A stretch of 63,745 nucleotides of DNA, counting the filler, from Octopus bimaculoides (Eukaryota), in the NCBI RefSeq assembly GCF_001194135.2. It is 7 parts of 6 records of this genome, joined end to end, with 100 filler letters (N's around TTAATTAATTAA, not from the genome) between each part and the next. Parts side by side here need not be neighbours in the genome. Positions count along the whole stretch, not along the records: positions 32,843 to 52,825 come from NC_068981.1; 6 more parts are not named here. One strand, written 5' to 3'. Below, in pieces: positions 37,710 to 50,094 of the stretch. Position 1 is the stretch's first letter. Each line of letters begins with the position of its first letter. Under the pieces are notes generated by a model. The model worked only from the letters and a program-made list of their open reading frames with translations. It ran no database searches and had not been told where the DNA came from. Position numbers and translations under genes: made by a program.

Positions 37710-38599
37710 TCCTTCATTAAATCCTATAGTCATTTCATTCAGCTTCAGAACGCACACCCAAAGCGATGTGTCATTCTCAGAAGTTTACAGACCAAATTAA
37801 ACCCATAGATATAGTGACAGACAAAATGCAATTATTATCAAAATAAAAATACAGAAATAAAGAAATGAACAAAAATGGAGAAAAATGGTCTGGTCTACTA
37901 TAAATTAACTTTGTTATTGATCGGCAGAAGTTCAATATATGATAAAGAAAAAAGAAAGAAATGATGATGAAAAACAAAAAGGCAGACATGTGTGTGTGTT
38001 TGTGTGTGCGTGTGTGCGTACATATATACACACGCACAAATGTCTGTCTAGTTGAAATTGTCAAATTTCTAACGAAATATCTAGTTTCTGCGTTGGAGTC
38101 AGCCTTGTCTCTACTGCAGTGAAATTCGGAAAACAAAACAGTATCGAGAATTTGGTTAGAAGAGAATCATCTCACTCATATCTGAAGTTTAGTTAGAACC
38201 ATTGCATAATTATATTTCCATAAAAAAATCATGACCAGCTTTTGCAACCTAATTATATCGTCATAAAAGCCACGAACGTCTACATAAATGCTTCTCGAAC
38301 CGTTCATTATCGGCAATTAAAGACAGTAGACTTTAAAGAAAACATGTATAAATTCTCGCCCAAATGTTCTTCCGCGGGTTCGAGAAGCTTTGCTGGGAGT
38401 TATAAAAAGTTGGATTATTGAACTCTTTAGAAGAGTCGCATTAAAGCATACATGGAGGCCTGTTGCTGTGTTCCACGAAGTGTGGTCTCACTTTCTTTTA
38501 CTTGTTTTTGTATTAAATACTTTGTATACCATGTTTGGTGAGGTGTGGTCAGTATTGTACTTTAATTCTGACATATGCTAAAAAATGCTAAGAATGCTA

Positions 38600-39560
38600 A
38601 GAAAATAGCTGGAATTAACGACATTTTCAGCTGACATAAGAATAGAATTTGGTCAAAAGAAACATATTTGATTGCTGAACGGACTCAAAACCTGAGCATC
38701 AATGATCTCACTGTGTCTCCTGTCCCACATAAAGAATGCTACAAGTTCTTAAGCGTTGATGAAAATATATCATACCAAGGTACTGTGAATAAAGATAGTG
38801 AACCAAGAATAATACACCAGACTAAGAAAAATATGGCTGACTAAATCCTTCTCTTGCAAGACAATATCCCACAATGCATTTGCAGAACCAGTGCTGATTC
38901 CAGCATCTGGGATACTTAACTAGTCTGTAGAAGAAATAGACTCCATAGACGTTAAAACACGCAAAATTCTAACATCAACTGGAAATCTCCACAGAAATAA
39001 TGATATCGACAGACTCTACCTTAAAAGAGATAAAGGAAGAAGAGGCTTGAGATCAATGCAGACAGCCTTCGAATGTCAAATAATCTCTCCCTCCTCTCCC
39101 TCTTCTCCCCCCCCTCTCTCTCTCTTACTCTCAGACAGCACTTGTTAAACAACAACAGCAAAAATAAATACATTAATGCTTAAAAGTGAAGAAAATAATA
39201 TCCTACATGTCGGAAGCTAGCTCCTCGGTAAGCATTCTTTTCCTTATGGCTGCCCATACAACCTCAAATCAGCCAGACTAGCATACCTAAAAAAAGACCT
39301 ACAGGTGAAACAGTCAACATACTAAAAAAAGACGATGCATGGCTGTGTTTCACGAAGACTTGAAAGAGACGGTAATATCAACATGAAAGGAAGCCTCTCT
39401 TGACCGCTACATCACCCTTCGAAGGCTATACGTTTGCAATCCTAAAACAAATTACTACGAAAACTTAATAAAAAAAAGAGACAGTGAAGTCCGTGGAACA
39501 CCAAGATGCAAACGAAAATGTAGATTATGTCAATTTCTGTGGAAGACATCACATATGTGA
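38600..39560 (+). mobile_element. Dong/R4 LINE remnant
   Basis: FSADIRIEFG.K; KTRKILTSTGNLHRNNDIDRLYLKRDKGRRGLRS; MHG; EGYTFAI; KCRLCQ...EDIT. Confidence 0.82.
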
Positions 39561-39654
39561 TTACGAATGAAAGTGCAAACGAATGAAAGTGTATGATTTT
39601 AATTTGCTTCGTATTTGACAGTTGCTTTGTTCTTCAGCACCACCATTTGCTAAT

Positions 39655-39727
<73 letters not shown>

Positions 39728-40407
39728 TAGTGAGAGAAAGGCTGAGAGAAAGGGAGAGAAATGATATAAGTGGTAAGACCTCGAAAGTGAGAGAAGTTAA
39801 ACGTTTCGTATTTTTAAGGATCTATTTTGATGAGTTGTATTGATTGTAGTAATATTGTTGCTATTTGCTCTGCCCTTCAATGTTCATGAAGCAGGAATAA
39901 GGTGGGGGTCTATAACATAATTGCAGCTATTCAAATTCAAACAAAACCATCATAGGTGAACAGGATTCTGATTGCACTGCAATTAGACGAAGATGCGGGA
40001 TTGCAATATAGCTGAACGAAATACGATACTTTTATAGATTTAACACAGAAATATTCTCTAAGTAAACACAAGAAGCTGTTGCTTGGCTTCTGTAATAAAC
40101 AATCGGAGAGTTTAGCCAATAAAAAGAGATCCAGGAAGGAATATAATACATGAATACATATATATCGATGCACACATATATGCACATACCCACTGGCATA
40201 CACTCACAAGCGTATACTCACTCCTCTGTTTCGCACATATACACATGAGTATAAACGCAAATGTTCATGACAAAATACATTGTCTTCATAGCCAGTTTTA
40301 GAGGGATTAATTTACACATTCAGCATCATCATACACCTACATACATCCATAAATTATGTCTGTGTGTGTATCCATGTGTGCGTGAGTGTGTATGTATGTA
40401 TGTGTGT

Positions 40408-40473
<66 letters not shown>

Positions 40474-41437
40474 NNNNNNNNNNNNNNNNNNNNNNNNNNN
40501 NNNNNNNNNNNNNNNNNNNNNNNNNNNNNNNNNNNNNNNNNNNNNNNNNNNNNNNNNNNNNNNNNNNNNNNNNNNNNNNNNNNNNNNNNNNNNNNNNNNN
40601 NNNNNNNNNNNNNNNNNNNNNNNNNNNNNNNNNNNNNNNNNNNNNNNNNNNNNNNNNNNNNNNNNNNNNNNNNNNNNNNNNNNNNNNNNNNNNNNNNNNN
40701 NNNNNNNNNNNNNNNNNNNNNNNNNNNNNNNNNNNNNNNNNNNNNNNNNNNNNNNNNNNNNNNNNNNNNNNNNNNNNNNNNNNNNNNNNNNNNNNNNNNN
40801 NNNNNNNNNNNNNNNNNNNNNNNNNNNNNNNNNNNNNNNNNNNNNNNNNNNNNNNNNNNNNNNNNNNNNNNNNNNNNNNNNNNNNNNNNNNNNNNNNNNN
40901 NNNNNNNNNNNNNNNNNNNNNNNNNNNNNNNNNNNNNNNNNNNNNNNNNNNNNNNNNNNNNNNNNNNNNNNNNNNNNNNNNNNNNNNNNNNNNNNNNNNN
41001 NNNNNNNNNNNNNNNNNNNNNNNNNNNNNNNNNNNNNNNNNNNNNNNNNNNNNNNNNNNNNNNNNNNNNNNNNNNNNNNNNNNNNNNNNNNNNNNNNNNN
41101 NNNNNNNNNNNNNNNNNNNNNNNNNNNNNNNNNNNNNNNNNNNNNNNNNNNNNNNNNNNNNNNNNNNNNNNNNNNNNNNNNNNNNNNNNNNNNNNNNNNN
41201 NNNNNNNNNNNNNNNNNNNNNNNNNNNNNNNNNNNNNNNNNNNNNNNNNNNNNNNNNNNNNNNNNNNNNNNNNNNNNNNNNNNNNNNNNNNNNNNNNNNN
41301 NNNNNNCGTTTTACCGATTTTGTCACATTATATAAGTCTTGCCGACGCAGACCAACATCAGTCTCTTGGAATCTGATTGCACATACATGCATACATACAT
41401 ACATACATACACGCACAAATACACACACACACACACA

Positions 41438-41475
<38 letters not shown>

Positions 41476-41656
41476 TACAAACACAAACACATACATACAT
41501 ACATACATACATACATACATACATACATACATACATGCATATATTTGTAATGTCGATATATGTTCGTTCAGATAACGGTATATAAAAGCACTTGTAATGT
41601 TTCGAAGTTAACTGAAGTCACACTGTGGAACAGTCATTTTAACGAGTTGTTTCTAT

Positions 41657-41772
41657 TTATTTATCACCCAACGAGATACATCTGCACCACTGAATGCTCC
41701 TGAACCAGTTGTTGAGTGTCCCACAAGGGGAATCGATGCTAGATGTGTCGAAACAATTGTCGTGATTAATAA
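41657..41772 (+). ncRNA. hammerhead ribozyme motif, same family as 37586-37709, variant core
   Basis: atcac CCAACGA gatacatct...agatgtgtc GAAA CAATTG TC gtgat. Stems I and II pair fully and the triplet is GUC, but the core reads CCAACGA. Confidence 0.72.
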
Positions 41773-42639
41773 TAATTTTTCGTATATTCCATCTTCTGTC
41801 TTTCCTTTGTTATATACCTAACGATCACTCTAAAAGTGACCGTGCTTTACCAGTAAGCTACCAGGTGCAAACTCATGCACACACCCATAGACGTACTTAA
41901 TCGCACATACATGCACAAACACGCATATACCTGGTCACTGTCATCCTCCTTGCCACCTACCCCTCAAGCCAACTTTTCAGCATATCACGACCGTTTAATC
42001 AGAGACGTTTGCTTTTCCCCTCCATCTATCCTTTTTATAGAATAGTGTAGTCTTTAAACGTTAATGACTTCTATTTTTCTCGAGCGTGAACCTGATACAC
42101 TCTTACTGTTGCTTTTTACCTCGTCATTATGTTTTTTTTTTTTTTTACTTTGAACCATATATTGTGTGTGTGCGTGCACGTGTGCGTGTGTGTGTGTGTG
42201 TGGGTGGCTGTTCGGGCTTAATCTGACAGTTTGCATAAAAGGGGAAAAAACCCCATGTCCCATCCCAAAACAAAAGTATTTAAGAAAATCAAAAAAATAT
42301 CAGCCAGATTATAGCTGATAGATAACGGTTCACTCAAAGCAGCCGCCCTCAGTTTCCGCCATGGCTTCAAGGATCTGATGATCTTGGTCACCAGCTCGGT
42401 TGACATCTTTCTCAATCATGGAATAACAATCAGGGAAATTTGGAGCTGACGGGTTTGTAGGAATTTTCCGATAAACACTCTTTCCTGGGATGTGGCCAAG
42501 AACCGAATGCCGCAGCCACACCTAAAACCGTTCTAGCAGCAACCCGCATCAGCAGGTTTTATCTACAGTTTTCAGCAGCTTCGCATAGCCCTCTGAATGA
42601 AACCTTGTCCTGTCCTGCAGGTGTTAGATGAATTCCAGC

Positions 42640-42778
42640 GTGAGGGTTACCAACCACATGGTTCCGGGTTCAGTCCCACTGAGTGGCACCTTTGGCAAGT
42701 GTCTCCTACTATAGCCTTGGGCCGACCAAATCCTTGTGAGTGGATTTGGTAGACGGAAACTGAAAGAAGCCTGTCGTA

Positions 42779-42819
<41 letters not shown>

Positions 42820-42820
42820 N
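42640..42820 (+). mobile_element. SINE family B 5' half running into (TA)n and a gap
   Basis: ttaccaaccacatggttccgggttcagtcccactgagtggcacc...gtagacggaaactgaaagaagcctgtcg. Confidence 0.92.
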
Positions 42821-43805
42821 NNNNNNNNNNNNNNNNNNNNNNNNNNNNNNNNNNNNNNNNNNNNNNNNNNNNNNNNNNNNNNNNNNNNNNNNNNNNNNNN
42901 NNNNNNNNNNNNNNNNNNNNNNNNNNNNNNNNNNNNNNNNNNNNNNNNNNNNNNNNNNNNNNNNNNNNNNNNNNNNNNNNNNNNNNNNNNNNNNNNNNNN
43001 NNNNNNNNNNNNNNNNNNNNNNNNNNNNNNNNNNNNNNNNNNNNNNNNNNNNNNNNNNNNNNNNNNNNNNNNNNNNNNNNNNNNNNNNNNNNNNNNNNNN
43101 NNNNNNNNNNNNNNNNNNNNNNNNNNNNNNNNNNNNNNNNNNNNNNNNNNNNNNNNNNNNNNNNNNNNNNNNNNNNNNNNNNNNNNNNNNNNNNNNNNNN
43201 NNNNNNNNNNNNNNNNNNNNNNNNNNNNNNNNNNNNNNNNNNNNNNNNNNNNNNNNNNNNNNNNNNNNNNNNNNNNNNNNNNNNNNNNNNNNNNNNNNNN
43301 NNNNNNNNNNNNNNNNNNNNNNNNNNNNNNNNNNNNNNNNNNNNNNNNNNNNNNNNNNNNNNNNNNNNNNNNNNNNNNNNNNNNNNNNNNNNNNNNNNNN
43401 NNNNNNNNNNNNNNNNNNNNNNNNNNNNNNNNNNNNNNNNNNNNNNNNNNNNNNNNNNNNNNNNNNNNNNNNNNNNNNNNNNNNNNNNNNNNNNNNNNNN
43501 NNNNNNNNNNNNNNNNNNNNNNNNNNNNNNNNNNNNNNNNNNNNNNNNNNNNNNNNNNNNNNNNNNNNNNNNNNNNNNNNNNNNNNNNNNNNNNNNNNNN
43601 NNNNNNNNNNNNNNNNNNNNNNNNNNNNNNNNNNNNNNNNNNNNNNNNNNNNNNNNNNNNNNNNNNNNNNNNNNNNNNNNNNNNNNNNNNNNNNNNNNNN
43701 NNNNNNNNNNNNNNNNNNNNNNNNNNNNNNNNNNNNNNNNNNNNNNNNNNNNNNNNNNNNNNNNNNNNNNNNNNNNNNNNNNNNNNNNNNNNNNNNNNNN
43801 NNNNN

Positions 43806-43857
<52 letters not shown>

Positions 43858-43954
43858 TTTTATTAACATTTGTTTTATGCCAAATTATAGCTAAAATTTG
43901 ACATTAAATTGAAGGATTACTCATTACTTCTTAGTGGAGGGCATATCAAGTTTA

Positions 43955-44355
43955 ACAAACAAAAGGTTAACAGTGACTTCGAAGTATCGGTATGCTCACT
44001 TTCATCAGATACTGGGGAGCCACCAATATCAATGGTTGTCCTCTCGTGGTTGGCTTTGATATTGCTGTCGTTTGAGTTTCTGGCAGTGATTTAGGTACAT
44101 TTGAGGTCTTGGACAACAGAAGGTCAAGGTGCTTTTGGGAAACATTTAGTGGCCCCTCCCCGCCACCACACCATGTAGGTCTCCCTAAGTTTTTGACACG
44201 ATATGAAGTAGCTAAGGTCTTTTAAGTCTCAATCTACTGCAGTACCTGATCTTTACCCTGATGATTGTTGGAAACTTAGGTACAGTGCAGTGGAATCTTC
44301 TTCTTGGGCCTGTGTAACTCTTGACGTCAAAGTTTAATGCCAGCTCTTCTAGGAT
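43955..44355 (-). mobile_element. CR1-clade LINE ORF2 C-terminal remnant
   Basis: VKILEELALNFDVKSYTGPRRRFHCTVPKFPT...GDLHG...VPKSLPETQ resembles the WKILE.L.PN...PR.GR.C.VP...LRDLHG...VPDEP end of invertebrate CR1 elements. Confidence 0.65.
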
Positions 44356-44994
44356 CTTCACACTTCTTCGACGTATGTATATATAGAAAGGGGTTATTGG
44401 TATATNNNNNNNNNNNNNNNNNNNNNNNNNNNNNNNNNNNNNNNNNNNNNNNNNNNNNNNNNNNNNNNNNNNNNNNNNNNNNNNNNNNNNNNNNNNNNNN
44501 NNNNNNNNNNNNNNNNNNNNNNNNNNNNNNNNNNNNNNNNNNNNNNNNNNNNNNNNATGCATATACGGGTACTGGACGTCACCAACGGCGTAAAAAACGA
44601 GGAAAATGGAAAACAGGACAAGTAAACACAGAGAAAGATCCCTTCATCAGTATTTTCCTCGCGTTCTGGTCTAACGACCCTCCATGTTTGTTTTCGTTCG
44701 GTCTCCTTGTATGTCTCCACTGTCATTTTTTTCTTCCCAACTTCGACCTTCCATAAATCCTAAATTTTATTTTGGTATTTATGGGAGCAACTGTCTTTGA
44801 AGACTCATATTGTCGTTGAACGCTTGAAATGAGGAGTAGATAGACAGCCGACAACTGGTGAAGGGTCCTTTTTCTGTGTTTACTTGTCATGTTTTCCATT
44901 TCTTTCTCGTTTACGTTTTTCACTTGTTTCCCCCTCGTTTGTTTACGCATTTCATGTTATTTGCACCGTTGGTGACGTCCTGTACCCACATATG

Positions 44995-45061
<67 letters not shown>

Positions 45062-45715
45062 TATGTGTGTATTCACATATGCATACATACATATACACAC
45101 ATGTTTATTAAAACTTAACATATAATGAGTTATAATGTAGTTTCTAGAGTTACAGTGTTTCAAAGCTAATATTTATAGAGCTGAATAAACAATATTTTAG
45201 AGAAAATATGAAAGTAAGATGAGGAAGATATAAAAACTGGAAGGAAAAATTAAACGAAGACAAAAGAAAAAAAAAAGAAAAGATGCAAGATTTTGAAAAG
45301 AAGACGAGCAGAAAGTAATAAATACATTGTAGCTGAGTTCATAGTCAAAGTCAAGGTGGTTGTTTGTGTGCTTGGGCTTTGGAACATAGAGGGGAATTTC
45401 GGCGTTGATCTTTTAACCTGACAACCTTTCTGTAATACCCTTTTCGTAGACTAAACCAAGCCTTAAATTACACCCACATTAATACCAAATACGTCTTAAA
45501 CAATAACACCAACTCGTTTAACAACATCTGAGGCGGTTACATCTAGCAGCCAATAAATAAATGTATACTAACGCCATTTTGTTTTTCAAAACCACATTCA
45601 TTTAGGACACCATGTTTGCGCGCGCTCGTGTGCCTGCCTACGTGCCTGCCTTCACTATATATATAGTGAGTGTGTGTGTGTACCTACCTACCTGCCTTCA
45701 CTATATATATATATA

Positions 45716-45900
45716 GTGAAAGCGCATACCTAGTGATTAGGGTGCTGTACTCACGGTCGGAAATCGTAGGTTCGAGTCTAGGACTGCGTCCTTGAGCAAA
45801 ACATTTAATTTTACTATGATCTTGTCCGTTCAGAGGTAGATCAATGCGAAGCGCATTGTGACCAGTGATGTACAACAACATCCGATAGCTTGGCTGATTA
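45716..45900 (+). mobile_element. SINE with family A-type head
   Basis: gaaagcgcatacctagtgattaggg...gtaggttcgagtct (B box)...gtccttgagcaa. Confidence 0.65.
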
Positions 45901-45919
45901 TGCGATATATATATATATA

Positions 45920-46084
45920 GGAGTGGCTATGTGGTAAGTAGCTTGTTTACCAACCACATGGTTCCGGGTTCAGTCCCACTGCGTGGCACCTTGGGCAAGT
46001 GTCTACTACTATAGCTTCGGGCCGACCAAAGCCTTGTGAGTGGATTTGGTAGACGGAAACTGAAAGAAGCCCGTCGTATATATG

Positions 46085-46117
<33 letters not shown>

Positions 46118-46238
46118 CTGTGTTTGTCCCCCCATCAACGCTTGACAATCGATGGTGGTGTGTTTACGTCCCCGTAACTTAGCGGTCCGGCAAAAAGAGA
46201 CCGATAGAATAAGTACTAGGCTTCCAAAAAATAAGTCC
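45920..46238 (+). mobile_element. SINE family B, best-preserved copy
   Basis: ggagtggctatgtggtaagtagc...ggttccgggttcagtccc (B box)...(TA)n(TG)n...gaccgatagaataagtactaggc; truncated by a gap. Confidence 0.95.
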
Positions 46239-46477
46239 NNNNNNNNNNNNNNNNNNNNNNNNNNNNNNNNNNNNNNNNNNNNNNNNNNNNNNNNNNNNNN
46301 NNNNNNNNNNNNNNNNNNNNNNNNNNNNNNNNNNNNNNNNNNNNNNNNNNNNNNNNNNNNNNNNNNNNNNNNNNNNNNNNNNNNNNNNNNNNNNNNNNNN
46401 NNNNNNNNNNNNNNNNNNNNNNNNNNNNNNNNNNNNNNNNNNNNNNNNNNNNNNNNNNNNNNNNNNNNNNNNNNNNN

Positions 46478-46508
<31 letters not shown>

Positions 46509-46634
46509 CAGGGTTTCCACAGAGTCTGGGTACATGGAGATTAACACATACTGTAAGAAATTATTATTTCTTATATTTAATTGTTTATGTTATGATTTTA
46601 TTTACTCCATGTACTCAGACCTTTTGGACACCCT

Positions 46635-46635
46635 G

Positions 46636-46667
<32 letters not shown>

Positions 46668-46790
46668 TGCATGCATGTATGTATGTATGTATATATGTAT
46701 GTATGTATTATGTATGTATGTATGTATGTATGTATGTATGTATGTATGTGTGTATGTATGTGTGTATGTATGTATGTATGTATGTATGCT
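46635..46790. repeat. (TATG)n microsatellite
   Basis: Directly visible. Confidence 0.95.
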
Positions 46791-47399
46791 TCATTATTTA
46801 TATCGATGTTTAAAGCCATCGTTATTATCAGATGAGTACTGATCCGCTTAATATCGCAGGTGCTTGGAACTCATGTTGTGTTCATGAACGATGCAAAGAA
46901 GTAAGAATAGTTTTTCAAACATCAAAAATTAATTCCATGTTTTAAACTTCAGGATTCTCTCCCTTACTTTCCGTGGAGAAAAAAAAGAAAACCTTAATAT
47001 TGATGGTTTCTTTTCATTTGAATTGATTTAAATTCTATGCGGTTCACAACAAATTGTAAACAACAGTTTAGTGAACGTTAGACACTAATTACTTTAACCC
47101 AACAGCCAATCAGAATCAATGTAATGATGTATATGACAAAGCAGGCCAAATGAATCCGGGACCACCATACAGTTTCCATTTAATTTCTTTTATAATGTTT
47201 GGGTCGACCAGAGGAAGGCTCTTGCAAATCGTGACGTCCATCGGGATCGAATTTGAATGTCTGTGATTGAGAAGCAAACTATCTTAATCCTCCCCCACCC
47301 CATACACATTTGCATTGATAGAAGCATGTATTGATACGCGTAAGTTCATGCGTACTTGGAAACATACTGTTTATGTTTCCGTTAAAAGACTTTGTAACA

Positions 47400-47575
47400 A
47401 AAGGAATAATACTGGTATCAAATTTTTGCACAAAGCCCGCAAATTTGTGGTTTAGGGACCGCAAGAGACCGTAAGTCGATTACATCGAGCCCATTGCTCA
47501 ACTGGTACTCATTTTATCGAGCTCGAAAGGATGAAGGGCAAAGTCGGCTTCGGCGGAATTTGAACCAAGATCCGC
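47400..47575 (-). mobile_element. SINE family C
   Basis: aactggtactcattttatcgagctcgaaaggatgaagggcaaagtcggcttcggcggaatttgaac is the reverse complement of the family C core. Confidence 0.82.
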
Positions 47576-48469
47576 GAATTAGAAACTGTACTGTATATTT
47601 TTTATTATTATTTTTATAATTTGTATTTATTTATTTATTTATTTATTTATAAATGCAAAACAACACCACAGAGGAATCGACGTAAGCTTAAATAACAAAC
47701 TGCAACAGGTGAACCTCGATATGGTGAGGGATTACTGTATATATTAGGTTCTGCAATTAGTTGATAAAATCGGCACAGTCCAGTGTAAGCATTCAGATGT
47801 TTAGCGACCAATGAACTACTGGAGAAGAATAGAGAATAACGGTAAGCTCTCTGGAAAGCGGTTTTTAATTTCCATTTATAGGCACTTTGACTTACATCGA
47901 TAATACCTATGAGAGAAGCAAGAACATCAAACAGTCTCCAGACTTCTTGCCGATGTACGAAATTGAACAATAATACCTAGCAGCAGCCATGGAAATTCTA
48001 TGGTTATTTCGAAAACTAAAAGATTGTTAAAATAGGGAGCCGTGAAATATGTTTCTTCTGAAAATGTCTTTTATTTTACTGAGGCGTCTGATTATAGAAA
48101 TGGTGTGAAGTTCACATAGGTAGTATTGTAGCTGCAGTCATAGAAGAGAACATTTTTGGAGGCTACACTCCTTGTTATACACTTCTCACCTCTCCGACAT
48201 TGAAACGTGTTGCTTACTATTTTATTTTCATTTACGAGAAATGAATGCGCTTCGGAAACAGCTATGCACAACTTGCCGTAATTAAAATATTAAAATTATT
48301 GAAAGTGCCTCGAAAGAATAATGTACATAGCTAGTTCTATTAATTATCTTAACTATGGAATAAAATCGTAGATATGGTCCTATTCTGCTACAGTGAAACG
48401 GCACTAGCAAGGCTTAAGCATCTCTTTAATCGTTGTAAAACATACTTATTTTAATATGAGAATATACAC

Positions 48470-49310
48470 AAAGCGGCGAGCAGGCAGAAACGTTAGCACG
48501 CCGGGCGAAATGCTTAGCGGTATTTCGTCTGCCGCTACGTTCTGAGTTCAAATTTCGCCGAGGTCGACTTAACCATTCATCTTTTCGGGGCCGATTAAAT
48601 AAGTACCAGTTATGCACTGGGGTAGTTATAATCGACTTAATCCGTTTGTCTGTCCTTGTTTGTCCCCTCTATGTTTAGCCCCTTGTGGGCAATAAAGAAA
48701 TAAGAAACGTTAGCACGCCGGGCGAAATGCTTAGCGCTATTTCGTCTGTCTTTATGTTCTGCGTTCAAATTCCGCCGAGGTCGACTTTGCCTTTCATCCT
48801 TTCGGGGTCGATAAATTAAGTACCAGTTGCATACTGAGGTCGATCTAATCGACTGGCCCCCTCTCCCAAAATTTCGGACCTTGTGCCTAGAGTAGAAAAG
48901 AATATCAGAATACACATACAGGCAGATAGATAGACACATATATATATATGTATGTATTTATGTTTTACACACATATATACGGATATATACACATACATAC
49001 GTCATACGTGCTAATGATTCTCTCAGCTCGTTGCTTTGGACTCGAGGATATATAATACAAATATATTTTATTTTAACATTATCGCTTCAATAAAGCGGTG
49101 AGCTGGCAGAATTGTTAGCACGCCGGGCAAAATGCTTCGCAGCATTTAATTTGTCTCTATGTTCTGAGTTCAAATTCCGCCGAGGTTGGCTTTGCCTTTC
49201 ATCTTTTTGTGGTCGATAAAATAAGTACCATTGAACACTGAAGTCGATGTAGTCAACTTACTCCCTCCTTCAAAATTGCTGGCTTTGTGCCAACATCTGA
49301 AACCATTATT
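48470..49310 (+). mobile_element. three co-oriented SINE family C units (48470-48700, 48705-48905, 49092-49310)
   Basis: Repeated gcagaaacgttagcacgccgggcgaaatgc...gttctgagttcaaatt.cgccgaggtcgact...aagtaccagtt. The first two units are directly joined. Confidence 0.93.
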
Positions 49311-49324
49311 TATCGCGCCAATAA

Positions 49325-49640
49325 GCTGGTACTCTGTCAGTTACGAGGATGAAGGTTCCAGCTGATCCGATCAACGGATTAGCCTGCTCGTCAAATTAGC
49401 GTGCAAGTGACTGAATCAGCCACAAACATGCGCATCCTTAACGTAGTTCTCAGGGAGTTTCAGCGTGACACTGAAGGTTTGCCCTTTGAAATACAGATAC
49501 TTCTAATTTTTTAACAACCGAGTTAACTGCAGCAACATGAAATAAAGTGTCTTGCACAAGGATACAACACATCGTCAGGAATCGAACTCCCGACCTTACA
49601 ATCGTGAGTAGAATATCTCAAGCTAATAAAGCATACACAT
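49325..49640 (-). mobile_element. SINE family A
   Basis: ggaatcgaactcccgaccttacaatcgtgag is the reverse of a B-box head; the tail matches 6380-6415. Confidence 0.8.
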
Positions 49641-49764
49641 TCACTTATCGTATCAATAAACTTTATATGTCAAACATTTAAGAGAAAGTTTCAATAACAA
49701 CAGTTGGAAATTAGAAAATTACTATTTCTAAATCTCACAACGTGAGATATTCAGCAACAATACT

Positions 49765-50039
49765 TTGTAGTAAAGATTGTTTGTTAACATAACATGGCAG
49801 TCCTTGCTTAGGACTAATGTTGCTGTAATTTAGCCCCAGGAGACATGGTCTCTAGTTGTCTATATGACACAATATTGTTTTGAGCTGAGTGGGGGTGCTA
49901 GATTCCCATGTTCGAAAATATAAGGACACAGATCGTGTCGTATAGCCAGCTGGAGACGATTCTCCTGGGGCTAAATTACAGCAACATTCGTCCTAAACCA
50001 GGACTGCCATGTTATGTTGGCAAACAATCTTTACTACAA
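49765..50039. mobile_element. MITE-like foldback element, about 106-bp arms and about 64-bp spacer
   Basis: ttgtagtaaagattgtttg..aacataacatggcagtcct...gttgctgtaatttagccccaggaga...gacac (49765-49870) is mirrored at 49935-50039. Confidence 0.9.
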
Positions 50040-50094
50040 CAGTTTGAAATATCCTTAAAGAGAGTGCAGTAACAATCGATTATATCAATACTAG

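Noticed and set aside
45920-46000. tRNA-like A and B boxes at SINE heads as tRNA genes
   Set aside because: No complete cloverleaf or acceptor stem; each continues into a shared SINE body.
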